Shown: positions 26,448-36,184, counted from the first letter of the stretch. The stretch: 64,000 nucleotides of DNA from an archaeon (GCA_038046625.1 JBBSVV010000003.1:4017-68016); one strand, 5' to 3'. The notes: a model not told the origin generated them from the sequence alone. Made by a program: numbers and translations.

Positions 26448-28016
26448 TTGGCTTCCGAGTTCAAGGAGTTCAGGGGCCCAAAGATAGATTCCTATGGGGT
26501 TGTCGAGATTTATGAGGGCTTCCCGTTTTTCTATTATGACATAAAGGACCCGAGCCTGAATGAGGAGGAAAAAATCATCCGTGAATCCCTGGTGCATTTG
26601 ATTCTCGGCAACTGGAGTTTTGAGGAGGTCACTTCGCAGTTGGGAAAGCTTTTCAGCAAGCGTTTCGTGGACATGTTCAGGGAGAAGATTATCCAGCCGA
26701 TTACTTACAATGACGCGCTTGAAACACTTTTGCGGGAAACGGAATTCGAGGCAATGAAGCTGGCGATGATTGCGCTTTTCACAGAGTTTTTGCCGCCCGT
26801 GAAGAGCCATGCCGTCCTTGCGGAAACAATTTTGGGGGACGCGATTGGCTACGCCAAGCTCTCCCCATTGGTTCTTGATGATAACCTTGAGGAGATAATG
26901 GTCAACGGTTACGAGACCTACGTGTTTGTTTTCCATAAGCGTTATGGCGTGTGCAAAACAAGTGTCGAGTATAAGCACAAGAAGTCCCTCGATGCTTTGC
27001 TGCAGAAGATTGCGAAAACTGTCGGGAAAAAGTTCGATGCCGAGCATCCTTTGCTGGATGCGCGCCTGCCTGACGGAAACCGCGCTAATGCGACGTTCCC
27101 GTTTGTTACTCCGTTCGGGCCGTCACTTACAATACGAAAGTTTTCCGCCGTTCCTTTGAGCGTCATCGACCTTATTGCCAATAACACGATGTCGAGCGAG
27201 CTCGCGGCTTTTTTGTGGGTGATGGTTGAGGGCATGAACATCGAGCCGATGAACATGATTATTACCGGCGGCTCGGGCTCCGGAAAAACAACCACGCTTA
27301 ATGCCTTGTCCACTTTCATAAAGTTCCACGAGCGCGTGATTTCAATAGAGGATACTCTCGAGCTTCATCTTGGCAGCAGGCAGAACTGGGTGCAGATGGA
27401 GTCCCGCCCTAAAATGAAGGGCCAGGAAGGGGTTTCGATGGATGATTTGCTGAAAAATGCCATGCGGATGCGCCCCGACAGGCTAATTGTGGGTGAGGTG
27501 CGCGGCAAGGAAGCGGAAACAATGTTTGTTGCAATGGATACCGGGCACAAGGGTGCATTGGGTACGCTGCACAGCAATTCCGCAAAGGAAATGCTTTTGC
27601 GCCTCAAGGCGGACCCAATGGGGGTTCCCGAGTCATTGATTCCCCTGCTTGACCTGATTCTTGTGCAGTACAGGATTTATGTGAAGGGCAAGGGCGTTGA
27701 GAGGCGCATAATGCAGGTTACTGAAGTGAGTTCCATGGATAAGCAGGCTTTGCTGAGCAACATTTATGAGTGGGACAGGAAAACCGATTCAATCAAGCGC
27801 ACTAATGTTCCAATGCACCTGATTGAGGTGCTGGCTTCGAAAACCCTTTCAACCAAGAAGGAGGTTGAGCGTGAGATTCAAATCAGGAAAAACATCCTTG
27901 AGTGGATGCTTCGGAATAACATCCGCGCAAACCCCGAGGTCGAGGTAATAATACAGCGCTACTATTACGACCCCGAAACTTTGCTGGAGCAGGTTCTTTC
28001 GGACAAGGCAAAGTAG
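26448..28016 (+). CDS. Type II/IV secretion ATPase (CpaF/TadA/VirB11 family)
   Basis: EEIMVNG, GGSGSGKTT, IEDTLEL, RMRPDRLIVGEVRG, TGH..TLH. Confidence 0.92.
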   Translation: MASEFKEFRGPKIDSYGVVEIYEGFPFFYYDIKDPSLNEEEKIIRESLVHLILGNWSFEEVTSQLGKLFSKRFVDMFREKIIQPITYNDALETLLRETEFEAMKLAMIALFTEFLPPVKSHAVLAETILGDAIGYAKLSPLVLDDNLEEIMVNGYETYVFVFHKRYGVCKTSVEYKHKKSLDALLQKIAKTVGKKFDAEHPLLDARLPDGNRANATFPFVTPFGPSLTIRKFSAVPLSVIDLIANNTMSSELAAFLWVMVEGMNIEPMNMIITGGSGSGKTTTLNALSTFIKFHERVISIEDTLELHLGSRQNWVQMESRPKMKGQEGVSMDDLLKNAMRMRPDRLIVGEVRGKEAETMFVAMDTGHKGALGTLHSNSAKEMLLRLKADPMGVPESLIPLLDLILVQYRIYVKGKGVERRIMQVTEVSSMDKQALLSNIYEWDRKTDSIKRTNVPMHLIEVLASKTLSTKKEVEREIQIRKNILEWMLRNNIRANPEVEVIIQRYYYDPETLLEQVLSDKAK

Positions 28017-28504
28017 CGCGACCCATTTTGCGTGAGAACAGAGCGCATCAGGAAAACGGACTTCACTTCAAATTCCATTTCGGGGCTTTCTCCTGAAATG
28101 GCATCCATCGCTTCCAGGAATTCTTTTTGTCCCGCGCTTCTGTTCCTCGCGAGCGTAATGTGCGCCGCGAACCTGTCTGATTTTTCCTCCAGTGCGGCGC
28201 AGATTTTTTCTGCGAGCATTGATGCCTCTTCCCCGCCTTTGGAGAACCCGAGCCAGATAACCCTTTTCCCGAACGCGCCTGTTTTTCCCGTGCGCATCCC
28301 GAATGCATCGAACCTTATTGCGTCGAATTTTTTCCTTATGTGAGTTGCCTCTTCATCGCTTTTTTCGCCGAGGAAGAGCATGGTAACGTGCAGGTTTTCT
28401 TTTTTTGTTTTGGAGAATTTTTCCCCGGGGATTTTTTGCAGAATCCTTGCGCTTATTTCGCTTTTGATTTCTTCGGGAATTTGTATTGCCGCAAACAGCC
28501 TCAT
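27965..28504 (-). CDS. thpR: RNA 2',3'-cyclic phosphodiesterase (2H family)
   Basis: MRLFAAI, NLHVTMLFLG, AHITLAR, LMRSVL motifs. Confidence 0.9.
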   Translation of the reverse strand: MRLFAAIQIPEEIKSEISARILQKIPGEKFSKTKKENLHVTMLFLGEKSDEEATHIRKKFDAIRFDAFGMRTGKTGAFGKRVIWLGFSKGGEEASMLAEKICAALEEKSDRFAAHITLARNRSAGQKEFLEAMDAISGESPEMEFEVKSVFLMRSVLTQNGSRYFALSERTCSSKVSGS

Positions 28505-28564
28505 TGCTTTTTCACCGACCCAATCCATGCTGGGATCTAAGACCGTAGTTTAAGCGCGGGTGAT

Positions 28565-29161
28565 TCATTTTAGTGTTTTCCTGAATTCATTTTCGAGTGC
28601 GCGGAGCCTCGCGTAATTTTTTTCGAGCAATGGATTCGCCTTTTCGAGCAGCTTTTCAATGAACACCTTTTCTGCCAGTTGTTTCCCGTTTTCCTTTATT
28701 GGCAGGGCCATTGTTTCGGTTCCCTGGAGCTCTATGAGGAACTTGTCCTTCTGTGCCACCATTATGCCGCCCCTTTTTACCCCTGCTTTTTTCATTGCCT
28801 CAAGGACTGAGTTTGCGCCGCGGATGCTTTTGCACCCGATGTGCAGTATGAATGGGTCGAGCTTTAGCCAGAGCACTCCGCCTTTGTTTTCCTCCACTCC
28901 TTCGATGAGTTCCTTTGCGCTTACTGTTCTGTGCCATTTCCTGTGGAACGCATTCTTGTTTTTTGCTTCCCCGTTTTTTTCGAGGAGTATTATGCGGCCG
29001 CTGCAGCAGCTTGATGTGTAGAACCCCGGTGTTTCCGCAACAAAGGAGCACAGGCCGATCATTTGTTCGTCCATTTTTCCCTGTTTCAGGGCGTTTCCGA
29101 AGGTTTTTCCGTGCCTCTCCTTTATCATCGCAAACCGCGTTTTTCGGCTTTTTTTCCGCAT
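28565..29161 (-). CDS. taw3: tRNA wyosine methyltransferase Taw3/Tyw3
   Basis: YTSSCCSGRI, KWH, PFILH, IELQGTE motifs. Confidence 0.88.
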   Translation of the reverse strand: MRKKSRKTRFAMIKERHGKTFGNALKQGKMDEQMIGLCSFVAETPGFYTSSCCSGRIILLEKNGEAKNKNAFHRKWHRTVSAKELIEGVEENKGGVLWLKLDPFILHIGCKSIRGANSVLEAMKKAGVKRGGIMVAQKDKFLIELQGTETMALPIKENGKQLAEKVFIEKLLEKANPLLEKNYARLRALENEFRKTLK

Positions 29162-29235
29162 TTTGTGGCCCTATAGGGTTTTGTCCGACCAATCGTTTTT
29201 TTATTCTTCTGTTGCTCATTTTTTCAGGTATTCGA

Positions 29236-30042
29236 ATGAAGGGTGCGTTTGTTCTGGCTTTTGTTGTTTTTGCTTCAGCTTCGGCTTTTGCTTCCATTTC
29301 AATGGTTTATCCTTCCCCAACTTTGATTGAGGATGCCTCCGTTGTGCAGCTGGGTTCGGTTGAGCCGGGGCAGGTTTTCGAGGCCGTTTTTTCCGACAAC
29401 ACCGGTTTCCAGAATACGGAGTGGGATGCCCTTGTAGTTGACCCGCAAACCCTTTCTTTGGGATGGAAAGTTGATTCCATTGGCAAGACTGACACTTCGC
29501 TTGTTGTGCGGGTCAGGGTGCCGCTCAATGCGCAGAGCAATGTGTACAATCTCGGGCTCGATTTTTACAGTTCGCATGAGCCTGTGCTTCAGCAGTCATT
29601 CGTGATGAGGGTTGTTGTGAAGCAGCCGCTTATTTCAGCGGCTTTCTCCAAGAAATCGGTTGAAAGCATCATAGTAGTTGACTCGCCCGTTGTTTACGCT
29701 GTTTCGCTTTCCAATTCTTCTATTGCAAAGCAGGAAGTTGTTGTTTCCTCGAATTTGCCGCAGAACTGGTTTGCCACACAGAGAATTGTGCTTGAGCCGA
29801 ATTCCTCGAAGGACCTCGTGTTGGTTGTCACTCCAAAGGTTTACGGCCAGAGGACATTTTCCTTCAAGGCGGTTATTCCTGAAAAGAGCCTTGTTGTGAA
29901 GAGCTTCACTTCGGAGCTGAATGTTAAGCCCACTTTGAAGGGAAAATTTGGTTCCGCATTTTCAGGCTTCCCGTTCTTCAACTTTGCGCTGCTGCCTTTC
30001 CAATTGTTCGATTCTTTCCTTGCGTTCGCGATGCCGAACTAG
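29236..30042 (+). CDS. Secreted Ig-like hypothetical protein
   Basis: Signal peptide MKGAFVLAFVVFASASAFA; beta-rich; hydrophobic C-terminus. Confidence 0.7.
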   Translation: MKGAFVLAFVVFASASAFASISMVYPSPTLIEDASVVQLGSVEPGQVFEAVFSDNTGFQNTEWDALVVDPQTLSLGWKVDSIGKTDTSLVVRVRVPLNAQSNVYNLGLDFYSSHEPVLQQSFVMRVVVKQPLISAAFSKKSVESIIVVDSPVVYAVSLSNSSIAKQEVVVSSNLPQNWFATQRIVLEPNSSKDLVLVVTPKVYGQRTFSFKAVIPEKSLVVKSFTSELNVKPTLKGKFGSAFSGFPFFNFALLPFQLFDSFLAFAMPN

Positions 30043-31751
30043 ATTTTTTTGGCCATGTAGCGGCCTTCCCTTGTGTATCCGAGTTTTTTTGAGTAGTATT
30101 CCCTCGCGCCCACGCCGCTGATTACCAGCATTTTTTTTGCGCCGAATTTTTCTGACGCGATTTTTTCCGCCTCTTCCACAAGCTTTTTTCCGAGGCCTGT
30201 GTGCTGCCCACTTTTTTCCGCGCTTTTTTCCCCGAGCGCGAGTGAATTGCCGAACACGTGCAGTTCCCGTATGCACGCGGTATTTGAATCGAATTCTTTC
30301 CTGAATGGCTCGAAAGGGTTCCTGAGGCGGCAGAACCCGAGCAGCAAATCGTTTTTTTCGTCCTCGAAGGAAATGAAAACTTCCGTGCCTTTGCTTGCTT
30401 CGTATTCCTTTGCGGCGAGCTTCGCTTCCCCTTCAATTTCCCTTCCTTTTACCGCGTTTATTCCGGCTTCCCGGGCGCGTATTTCCCTTGCGTTGATCCC
30501 TTTTTGCAGGATTTTTTTGTCCACTATCTGGCGCAGGTTATTTTTGTCAACTCCGGCCAGCGCGAGCTTTGTCGGTATGTCGCGCTGTATCCTGTGTATT
30601 CTCGCGTACTCGGGAACGTATCTTTCCGATTCCGCAATTATTTCCGCCGCCTCATCCGTATTCAGGGGCGTGAATTTCCCGTTTTTGTAGAGCTGTGCAA
30701 GTGCAGTTCCCGGCATCACCATGCACGGGTAAATTTTCAGGCCGTCGGGCCTGAAATCAGGGTTCTGGAAAAGCTCCCTGAACATTTCAATGTCCTTTTC
30801 CTTCGAGCTCTTGGGCTGTCCCGGCATGATGTGATAAGTGACCTTCAATCCCGAGTCCTTGAGGAGCCTCGTTGCCTCAATCGAGTCCTCAACCGTGTGC
30901 CCGCGGTTCGTGTACTGAAGCACTTCGTTGTAAATGCTCTGCACTCCCAATTCAACCCTTGTGGTGCCCAGTTCAAGCATTTGGTTTATGTGCATTTGTT
31001 TGCTCCAGTCAGGTTTTGTTTCAATGCACATGGCCACTATCCTGACCGCGGCATTTTCGTTCCGGATGTGTTCCCTCTCAATGTTTGCAGGTTTTTTCAT
31101 TGCGAGCATTTTTTCGCGCCGGGCTCCGGAAAATTTTTTGTGCGTTCCTTTTGAGAAGAATTCGTTGAATTTTTTTGCCGAGAATTTTCCCTGGAAAATG
31201 AAGAGTTCTGAGAAGTCGTTTGCGGCCTGGAACGCATTGGAAATGAATTCGTTTTGATATTCCTGCGGGAAGCTCGGGAAGGTTCCGCCCATGATTATGA
31301 GTTCGAGCTTTTGGGGATTGTGTGCGGTTGCGTAGTATTGCGAGAGCCTGTTAATTGTCTGGAGGTAAGCGTCGTAGGAATTGTTGACTGCCCTCATGGT
31401 TGCGGGCTCGTTTCCCGTGTATGATTGCGGCACCGAGCCGAAGAAACTATTCGGGCCGCCCGGGCAGTAAATGCACGTGCCGTGGGGGCAGCTTATTGGC
31501 TTGGTCATTATGGCTACCGGAGCCACACCTGAAAGTGTCCTTAGCGGCTTTATTGATAGCATTTCGCCGAGCTTTTGCGAGGGCTCTTCCGCGTACGCGA
31601 GTATGTCCGGGTTGGACAGTATTTTTTCCATGCCAAGCCTTTTCCCTTCCGCGAGCTTGAGCCTGTTGAGCTGCTCTTTTTTCGTTATTTTGCCGGACTC
31701 TATGGCGCTTATTATTTTTTCCGCAAATTCCTGCCTTTGCCCCGGAGCCAT
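30039..31751 (-). CDS. elp3: Elp3 tRNA U34 acetyltransferase (radical SAM + GNAT)
   Basis: RTLSGVAPVA, CPHGTCIYCPGG, SYTGNEP, RVELGVQS, RIQRDIP, RELHVFG, QHTGLG. Confidence 0.96.
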   Translation of the reverse strand: MAPGQRQEFAEKIISAIESGKITKKEQLNRLKLAEGKRLGMEKILSNPDILAYAEEPSQKLGEMLSIKPLRTLSGVAPVAIMTKPISCPHGTCIYCPGGPNSFFGSVPQSYTGNEPATMRAVNNSYDAYLQTINRLSQYYATAHNPQKLELIIMGGTFPSFPQEYQNEFISNAFQAANDFSELFIFQGKFSAKKFNEFFSKGTHKKFSGARREKMLAMKKPANIEREHIRNENAAVRIVAMCIETKPDWSKQMHINQMLELGTTRVELGVQSIYNEVLQYTNRGHTVEDSIEATRLLKDSGLKVTYHIMPGQPKSSKEKDIEMFRELFQNPDFRPDGLKIYPCMVMPGTALAQLYKNGKFTPLNTDEAAEIIAESERYVPEYARIHRIQRDIPTKLALAGVDKNNLRQIVDKKILQKGINAREIRAREAGINAVKGREIEGEAKLAAKEYEASKGTEVFISFEDEKNDLLLGFCRLRNPFEPFRKEFDSNTACIRELHVFGNSLALGEKSAEKSGQHTGLGKKLVEEAEKIASEKFGAKKMLVISGVGAREYYSKKLGYTREGRYMAKKI

Positions 31752-31810
31752 ATCCAGAACCCTGCTGCGAAAGGGTTTTATTTCTGCACAGCCTCCTTTG
31801 TGCGGTTGCC

Positions 31811-32119
31811 ATGGATGAGTATGAGGAGTTTGTGCAGTTCCTTGAGAATAATCCGGCGTATTACAAAATAATAAATTCCGCGGTTTTCATGAGCCTCCTC
31901 ACCATACTGAATTCGGCGCCGCGTTCTTTTTCCGAGCTCCTGAGGAGCAACCAAAATATTGAGGAGGAGGATCTTGAGACGATGCTCGCGGTTCTCGAGG
32001 CCCTTGAAATGGTGAAGCAGGCCAAATCGGCCGAAAACAGGGTTTTTTATGCGACCGAAAAAACCAGGGGAATGCTCTCGAAATTCGAGAAGGTCAAGGG
32101 CCGGTTCAGGGTTGCCTAA
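31811..32119 (+). CDS. Winged-HTH-like protein
   Basis: PRSFSELL...LE...V...FYATEK pattern. Confidence 0.55.
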   Translation: MDEYEEFVQFLENNPAYYKIINSAVFMSLLTILNSAPRSFSELLRSNQNIEEEDLETMLAVLEALEMVKQAKSAENRVFYATEKTRGMLSKFEKVKGRFRVA

Positions 32120-32183
32120 TTTCTTGGATTTTCTGCTTGTTTTATAAATATTATAAATATATTATATATTAAGGTTTTTTTTA

Positions 32184-32534
32184 ATGGGCAAAACGCTTTT
32201 GGCTGTTTTGGGCATCGGGAAGGGCACATGGGGGCATGTTGCCCGGCTTATTTCCGAGGAAAAGTTCGACAAGGTACTGCTTATTTCCAACGAGTGGGGC
32301 AAGGAAAACTTTAAGCCGTTGAAGGAGTGCGACTGGATAATGATTAACAACCGCGCGGGCTTCGAGGTAATAAAGGAAGAAATCAAATCCAAGTTGCCTG
32401 AAAAGGATGATTTGGTGCTCTCGCTGATAAGCGGCTCCGGAAGGGAGCACATGGCTGTCCTTGCTGCCATAAAGGACAAGAAGCTCGAATTCAGGATTGT
32501 TATCCTTACGGGCGAAGGAACCAAGTACTACTAA
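32184..32534 (+). CDS. Conserved hypothetical protein, possible stand-alone CARF-like Rossmann fold
   Basis: LLAVLG.GKGTW, DKVLLI, LVLSLISGSGREH. Confidence 0.6.
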   Translation: MGKTLLAVLGIGKGTWGHVARLISEEKFDKVLLISNEWGKENFKPLKECDWIMINNRAGFEVIKEEIKSKLPEKDDLVLSLISGSGREHMAVLAAIKDKKLEFRIVILTGEGTKYY

Positions 32535-32673
32535 CACCTTTTTCTTTTCGTTGACGCGAAAAGAAACCGGGCAGAACAAAAGTTCTGCACGGCCACGCAA
32601 AATCAAAAGATTTTGCATGGAAGCTGTACCAAAAAGAAAAGTGTAAGGCTGTGCCAAAAAGAAAGAGAACGGC
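32535..32673 (+). repeat. Composite family B element with internal double hairpin
   Basis: TTTTTCTTTTCG..CGAAAAGAAA, GCAGAAC-aaaa-GTTCTGC, GCAAAATC-aaaa-GATTTTGC, tandem GCTGT(A/G)CCAAAAAGAAA. Confidence 0.75.
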
Positions 32674-32727
32674 TTTTGCTGTTTGGCAACAGTAACTATT
32701 TTTTATCTGTTCAGTTCCTTTAGTTTC

Positions 32728-33096
32728 ATGGCGGATTTTTTTCTCCTGTTCTTCATTGCGGCATCACTGCTGCTTGCGGTGCTCGTGTTTTTTCTCATGA
32801 AAAGGCTCTCTTCCCTTGAGGGGGTGCTTTCAGAATTGAAGTTTTCAAAGTCCTCGCAGTCAGTGAAGTACGGCAAAATGACCGAACAGTTTGTTCCCTT
32901 TACAAAGGACTTTCCTTTCAATCCGGAAAATTTCCGTTTTCTCGGCAACCCGATTGACGGCATTGTTTTTGAGGAGAATAAAATAATTTTTGCGGAGTTC
33001 AAGGCCGGCTCCTCCCAGCTCTCTGAAAAGCAGAGGCGCGTGAAGGAACTCGTTGAAAAGAAGAAAGTAGAATGGTTCGAGCACCGCATCGAATAG
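32728..33096 (+). CDS. Holliday junction resolvase-like endonuclease with N-terminal TM (PF10107-like)
   Basis: SQSVKYGKMTEQFVPF, FRFLGNPIDGIVF, FAEFKAG. Confidence 0.85.
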   Translation: MADFFLLFFIAASLLLAVLVFFLMKRLSSLEGVLSELKFSKSSQSVKYGKMTEQFVPFTKDFPFNPENFRFLGNPIDGIVFEENKIIFAEFKAGSSQLSEKQRRVKELVEKKKVEWFEHRIE

Positions 33097-33101
33097 GCGG
33101 T

Positions 33102-34142
33102 TCACCACTTCATTTTGTATCTCAAAAGCGCCGCTATTCCGCCGATTCCAGCAATTTTTTTCCCCGCCTCGTTTTTTTCGTTCACGAAGTGTATTTTCCC
33201 GTTTAACCGTTCCACAAGTTCCAGAATTGTTTCCGTTTTTCCGCGGTTTGCGGTCATAAAGTTTTCCTCGACAATTATTTCCTGTATTGCTCCCGCTTCC
33301 GCGGCTTTCTTCACTTCCTCGGGGCCTATTGCCGCGGCGCCGTTTTTTCCGAGTTCTGAAAAAAGTTTTTCAACGACTATTTCCTCCTGCGCCGATTGGA
33401 AGTTCCGGACAAGCGCATCTATTTTGCCGCTTTTGATGAGCTCGTTGAGGCCGGTTATCCCCACAGAATTTGTTGATTCAAAGCTGGCCGGCAGTTTTAC
33501 TGATTTGTCCTTGAGGAATTTTTCAAAATTCTGCCTTTCAAATCCCGGGCCCGCAATTACCACTGCATTTGCGCCGAGTTCCGTGATTTTTTTGAGGAGT
33601 TCCTCAAAGTACGGTTTTCCTTTTTCGTTTTGCTGGAACCTCTTGCCTTCCTTGTTTGCGATGATCCTTGCCCTGGTTTCAAAGCCCGAATCCTTCAGGG
33701 AAGCCAGATCAGCGGCTTCGTCATCCATAACAACAATGAGAAGTTTTTTCCTTCCCGCGGTCTCTTTCGCTTTCTCGAGCCTTTCAATGTGGTAGTTCTT
33801 GATGCTTTTTTTCTTTATTTTGAGTGCGGTTCCGGGTTCTGCCTCAATTGTGTGGTGTGATTTCAGTTCCACGAGCTCTTCAGGCTTTGCCGAAACAACT
33901 ATGCCCTGTATCCTGAGCTGGTTCGAGGGTTCGTGGAACTCAGCTTTTTCAACTTCTAATTCCACAAACACTTTTTGCTTGAACGCCTTTTCCCCTTCAG
34001 TTTTCGGCTTGATTTTCCTTTCGGAGCTGCCGCTGACCAGGTCGCCCTTCTCTATGAGCCTCTCCAAATGCCAGAGGTCGTCAAAAGAGTCAGGCACGAC
34101 CTCGAAATAATTGTTTTTCCTGTCCACTTTTATTATTTTCAT
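33102..34142 (-). CDS. pelA: Pelota (aDom34)
   Basis: DDLWHL...GDLV, LRIQG, HHT, AGPGF, GGIAALLRY. Confidence 0.93.
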   Translation of the reverse strand: MKIIKVDRKNNYFEVVPDSFDDLWHLERLIEKGDLVSGSSERKIKPKTEGEKAFKQKVFVELEVEKAEFHEPSNQLRIQGIVVSAKPEELVELKSHHTIEAEPGTALKIKKKSIKNYHIERLEKAKETAGRKKLLIVVMDDEAADLASLKDSGFETRARIIANKEGKRFQQNEKGKPYFEELLKKITELGANAVVIAGPGFERQNFEKFLKDKSVKLPASFESTNSVGITGLNELIKSGKIDALVRNFQSAQEEIVVEKLFSELGKNGAAAIGPEEVKKAAEAGAIQEIIVEENFMTANRGKTETILELVERLNGKIHFVNEKNEAGKKIAGIGGIAALLRYKMKW

Positions 34143-34196
34143 ATTAACAGCAATTGCCTATAAAGTGTTAAAAACACTTGGAAATCACTTCATTAC

Positions 34197-34236
34197 ATGA
34201 CAAGAGTCGCTGTTCTCGAGAAGGACCGTTGCATCA
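34197..34236 (+). pseudogene. Duplicated 5' end of rli (13 codons)
   Basis: MTRVAVLEKDRCI encoded twice (34197, 34406); 5 differences in 40 nt, all synonymous. Confidence 0.92.
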
Positions 34237-34342
34237 CAACAGTTTCGTCTGTTGGGTGCGAGTACTATCTCCTTGTACCCGTAGGGTACGAGGCCTCGCA
34301 GAATCTTCTGATTCTGCAAGGTCGCTTGGGCTCGATAGTAAG
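34237..34342 (+). repeat. Family A structured element with double-hairpin insert
   Basis: CAACAGTTTCGTCTGTTGGGTGCGA..TACTATC[CCTTGTACCCGTAGGGTACGAGG CCTCGCAGAATC..GATTCTGCAAGG]..GGGCTCGATAGTAA. Confidence 0.88.
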
Positions 34343-34405
34343 TTTGGTTATGGGTGTGAGGCACGATACTTCGCAGTTGACCTGCTTTGCGTTTGGTGAT
34401 GTGAA

Positions 34406-36184
34406 ATGACTCGAGTAGCTGTTCTGGAAAAGGACCGTTGCATCAATGGCACGGGCTGTGATTACATATGCGGCCACGTGTGTCCAGTGAACCGCGCGGG
34501 AAAGGACTGCATTGTTCTAGATGAGGTTACAAACAAGCCCGTCATCAGCGAGGAGTTATGCATCGGCTGCAACATATGCGTAATTAAATGCCCCGTGGAT
34601 TGCATTTACATCGAGAACCTTGTCCAGGAACTGAACGAGAATCCTGTGCATCGCTTCGGCGAGAACGCGTTCAGGTTCTACAGGCTCCCCACAATAAGGA
34701 ACGGAGAAGTAGTTGGGTTGATTGGCAGGAACGGAATAGGAAAAAGCACTATCCTGAAAATAATTTCTGGCCAGCTGGTTCCAAATTTGGGGGATTACAA
34801 TTCAAAAGGCTCTTACGATTCGGTGATAAATTTTTTCAAGGGGAAGGAATTGCAGCGGCTTTTTTCCTCGCTGAAAGACAAGCGGATAAAGGTTTCTTAC
34901 AAGCCGCAGAACATAACTGATTTGCCCAAGGCGGCGAAAGGCACTGTGCGCGAACTCCTGAAAAAAACCGATGAGCGCAAAAAACTTTCCGAGGTTTCGG
35001 AGTTGCTGGGCCTCGGAAAAATTTTGGACAGGGAACTCTCGCACTTGAGCGGAGGAGAATTGCAAAGGGTTGCGATTGCCGCGGCCTCATTGAAGGATGC
35101 TGATTTGTATGCTTTTGATGAGCCAACTTCTTATTTGGATGTGAGGGAGCGCCTCAATGCCTCCAAGGTTTTGCGCGGTCTTGCGGAATCCGGAAAGGCG
35201 GTTGTTTTGATTGAGCATGACCTCGCGGTTCTTGATTACTTGAGCGATTATGTGCACCTTCTTTACGGAAAAAAATCGGTTTACGGAATAGTTTCAAAGC
35301 CGAAGAGCGTTCGCAATGGCATTAACGAGTTTTTGGAGGGCTTTGTGAAGGATGAGAATGTTCGGTTCAGGAGCACAGAGCTGAAATTTGAGGTCAAGCC
35401 TTCCACGGATTTCAGGAAAAAGAAAGTTATTGCTAGCTACCCGGAACTCAAAAAGTCCTTCAAGGGATTTTCCCTCGAGGCTGAGGCGGGGGATTTGCGC
35501 GAGGCCGAGGTTCTGGGAATAATGGGCCCCAATGCAATAGGCAAAACGACTTTCGTGAAGATGCTTGCCTCCGTTGAGAAGCCAGATTCAGGGAAGATTG
35601 ATTTTTCCATGCATGTTTCCTACAAGCCACAGTACCTTGTGCCTGAAAAGGGCGTTACTGTTGGTGATTTTATTGATTCTCAGGACCTTGATCTCTCGGT
35701 TTTCAAGAATGAGGTTGACCGAAGGTTGGCAATTACAGAGCTGGAAAATCACTTGCTTGAGGAATTGAGTGGCGGCGAGCTCCAGAAGATTGCTGTCGGA
35801 GTGGCGCTTTCGCGCACGAATTGCGAGCTCGTTCTTTTGGATGAACCAACCGCTTTTGTTGATGTTGAAGATAGGCTGAACATGGCTGATGCAATCCGTT
35901 CCGTAACAGATGCGAAAAAGAAGATTTGCATGGTTGTTGACCACGACATTTTGTTCCAGGATTATGTTTCTGACAGGTTGATGGTTTTTTCTGGCGAGCC
36001 CTCCGTGAAGGGCTTTGCGGGCGCCGCAATGTCAATGCATGACGGGATGAATTCTTTCCTCAAATCGGTTGGAATTTCTTTCAGGCGCGACCCGGAAAGT
36101 GGAAGGCCGCGTGCAAACAAGTTGCATTCGCAGCTCGACCAGGCGCAGAAGAAGAAAGGTGAGTATTACTATCTCGTGGATTGA
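34406..36184 (+). CDS. rli: ABCE1/RLI ribosome recycling ATPase
   Basis: N-terminal Fe-S cysteines, two ABC domains (GRNGIGKS, GPNAIGKT, LSGGELQ twice), FRRD..GRPRANK. Confidence 0.96.
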   Translation: MTRVAVLEKDRCINGTGCDYICGHVCPVNRAGKDCIVLDEVTNKPVISEELCIGCNICVIKCPVDCIYIENLVQELNENPVHRFGENAFRFYRLPTIRNGEVVGLIGRNGIGKSTILKIISGQLVPNLGDYNSKGSYDSVINFFKGKELQRLFSSLKDKRIKVSYKPQNITDLPKAAKGTVRELLKKTDERKKLSEVSELLGLGKILDRELSHLSGGELQRVAIAAASLKDADLYAFDEPTSYLDVRERLNASKVLRGLAESGKAVVLIEHDLAVLDYLSDYVHLLYGKKSVYGIVSKPKSVRNGINEFLEGFVKDENVRFRSTELKFEVKPSTDFRKKKVIASYPELKKSFKGFSLEAEAGDLREAEVLGIMGPNAIGKTTFVKMLASVEKPDSGKIDFSMHVSYKPQYLVPEKGVTVGDFIDSQDLDLSVFKNEVDRRLAITELENHLLEELSGGELQKIAVGVALSRTNCELVLLDEPTAFVDVEDRLNMADAIRSVTDAKKKICMVVDHDILFQDYVSDRLMVFSGEPSVKGFAGAAMSMHDGMNSFLKSVGISFRRDPESGRPRANKLHSQLDQAQKKKGEYYYLVD

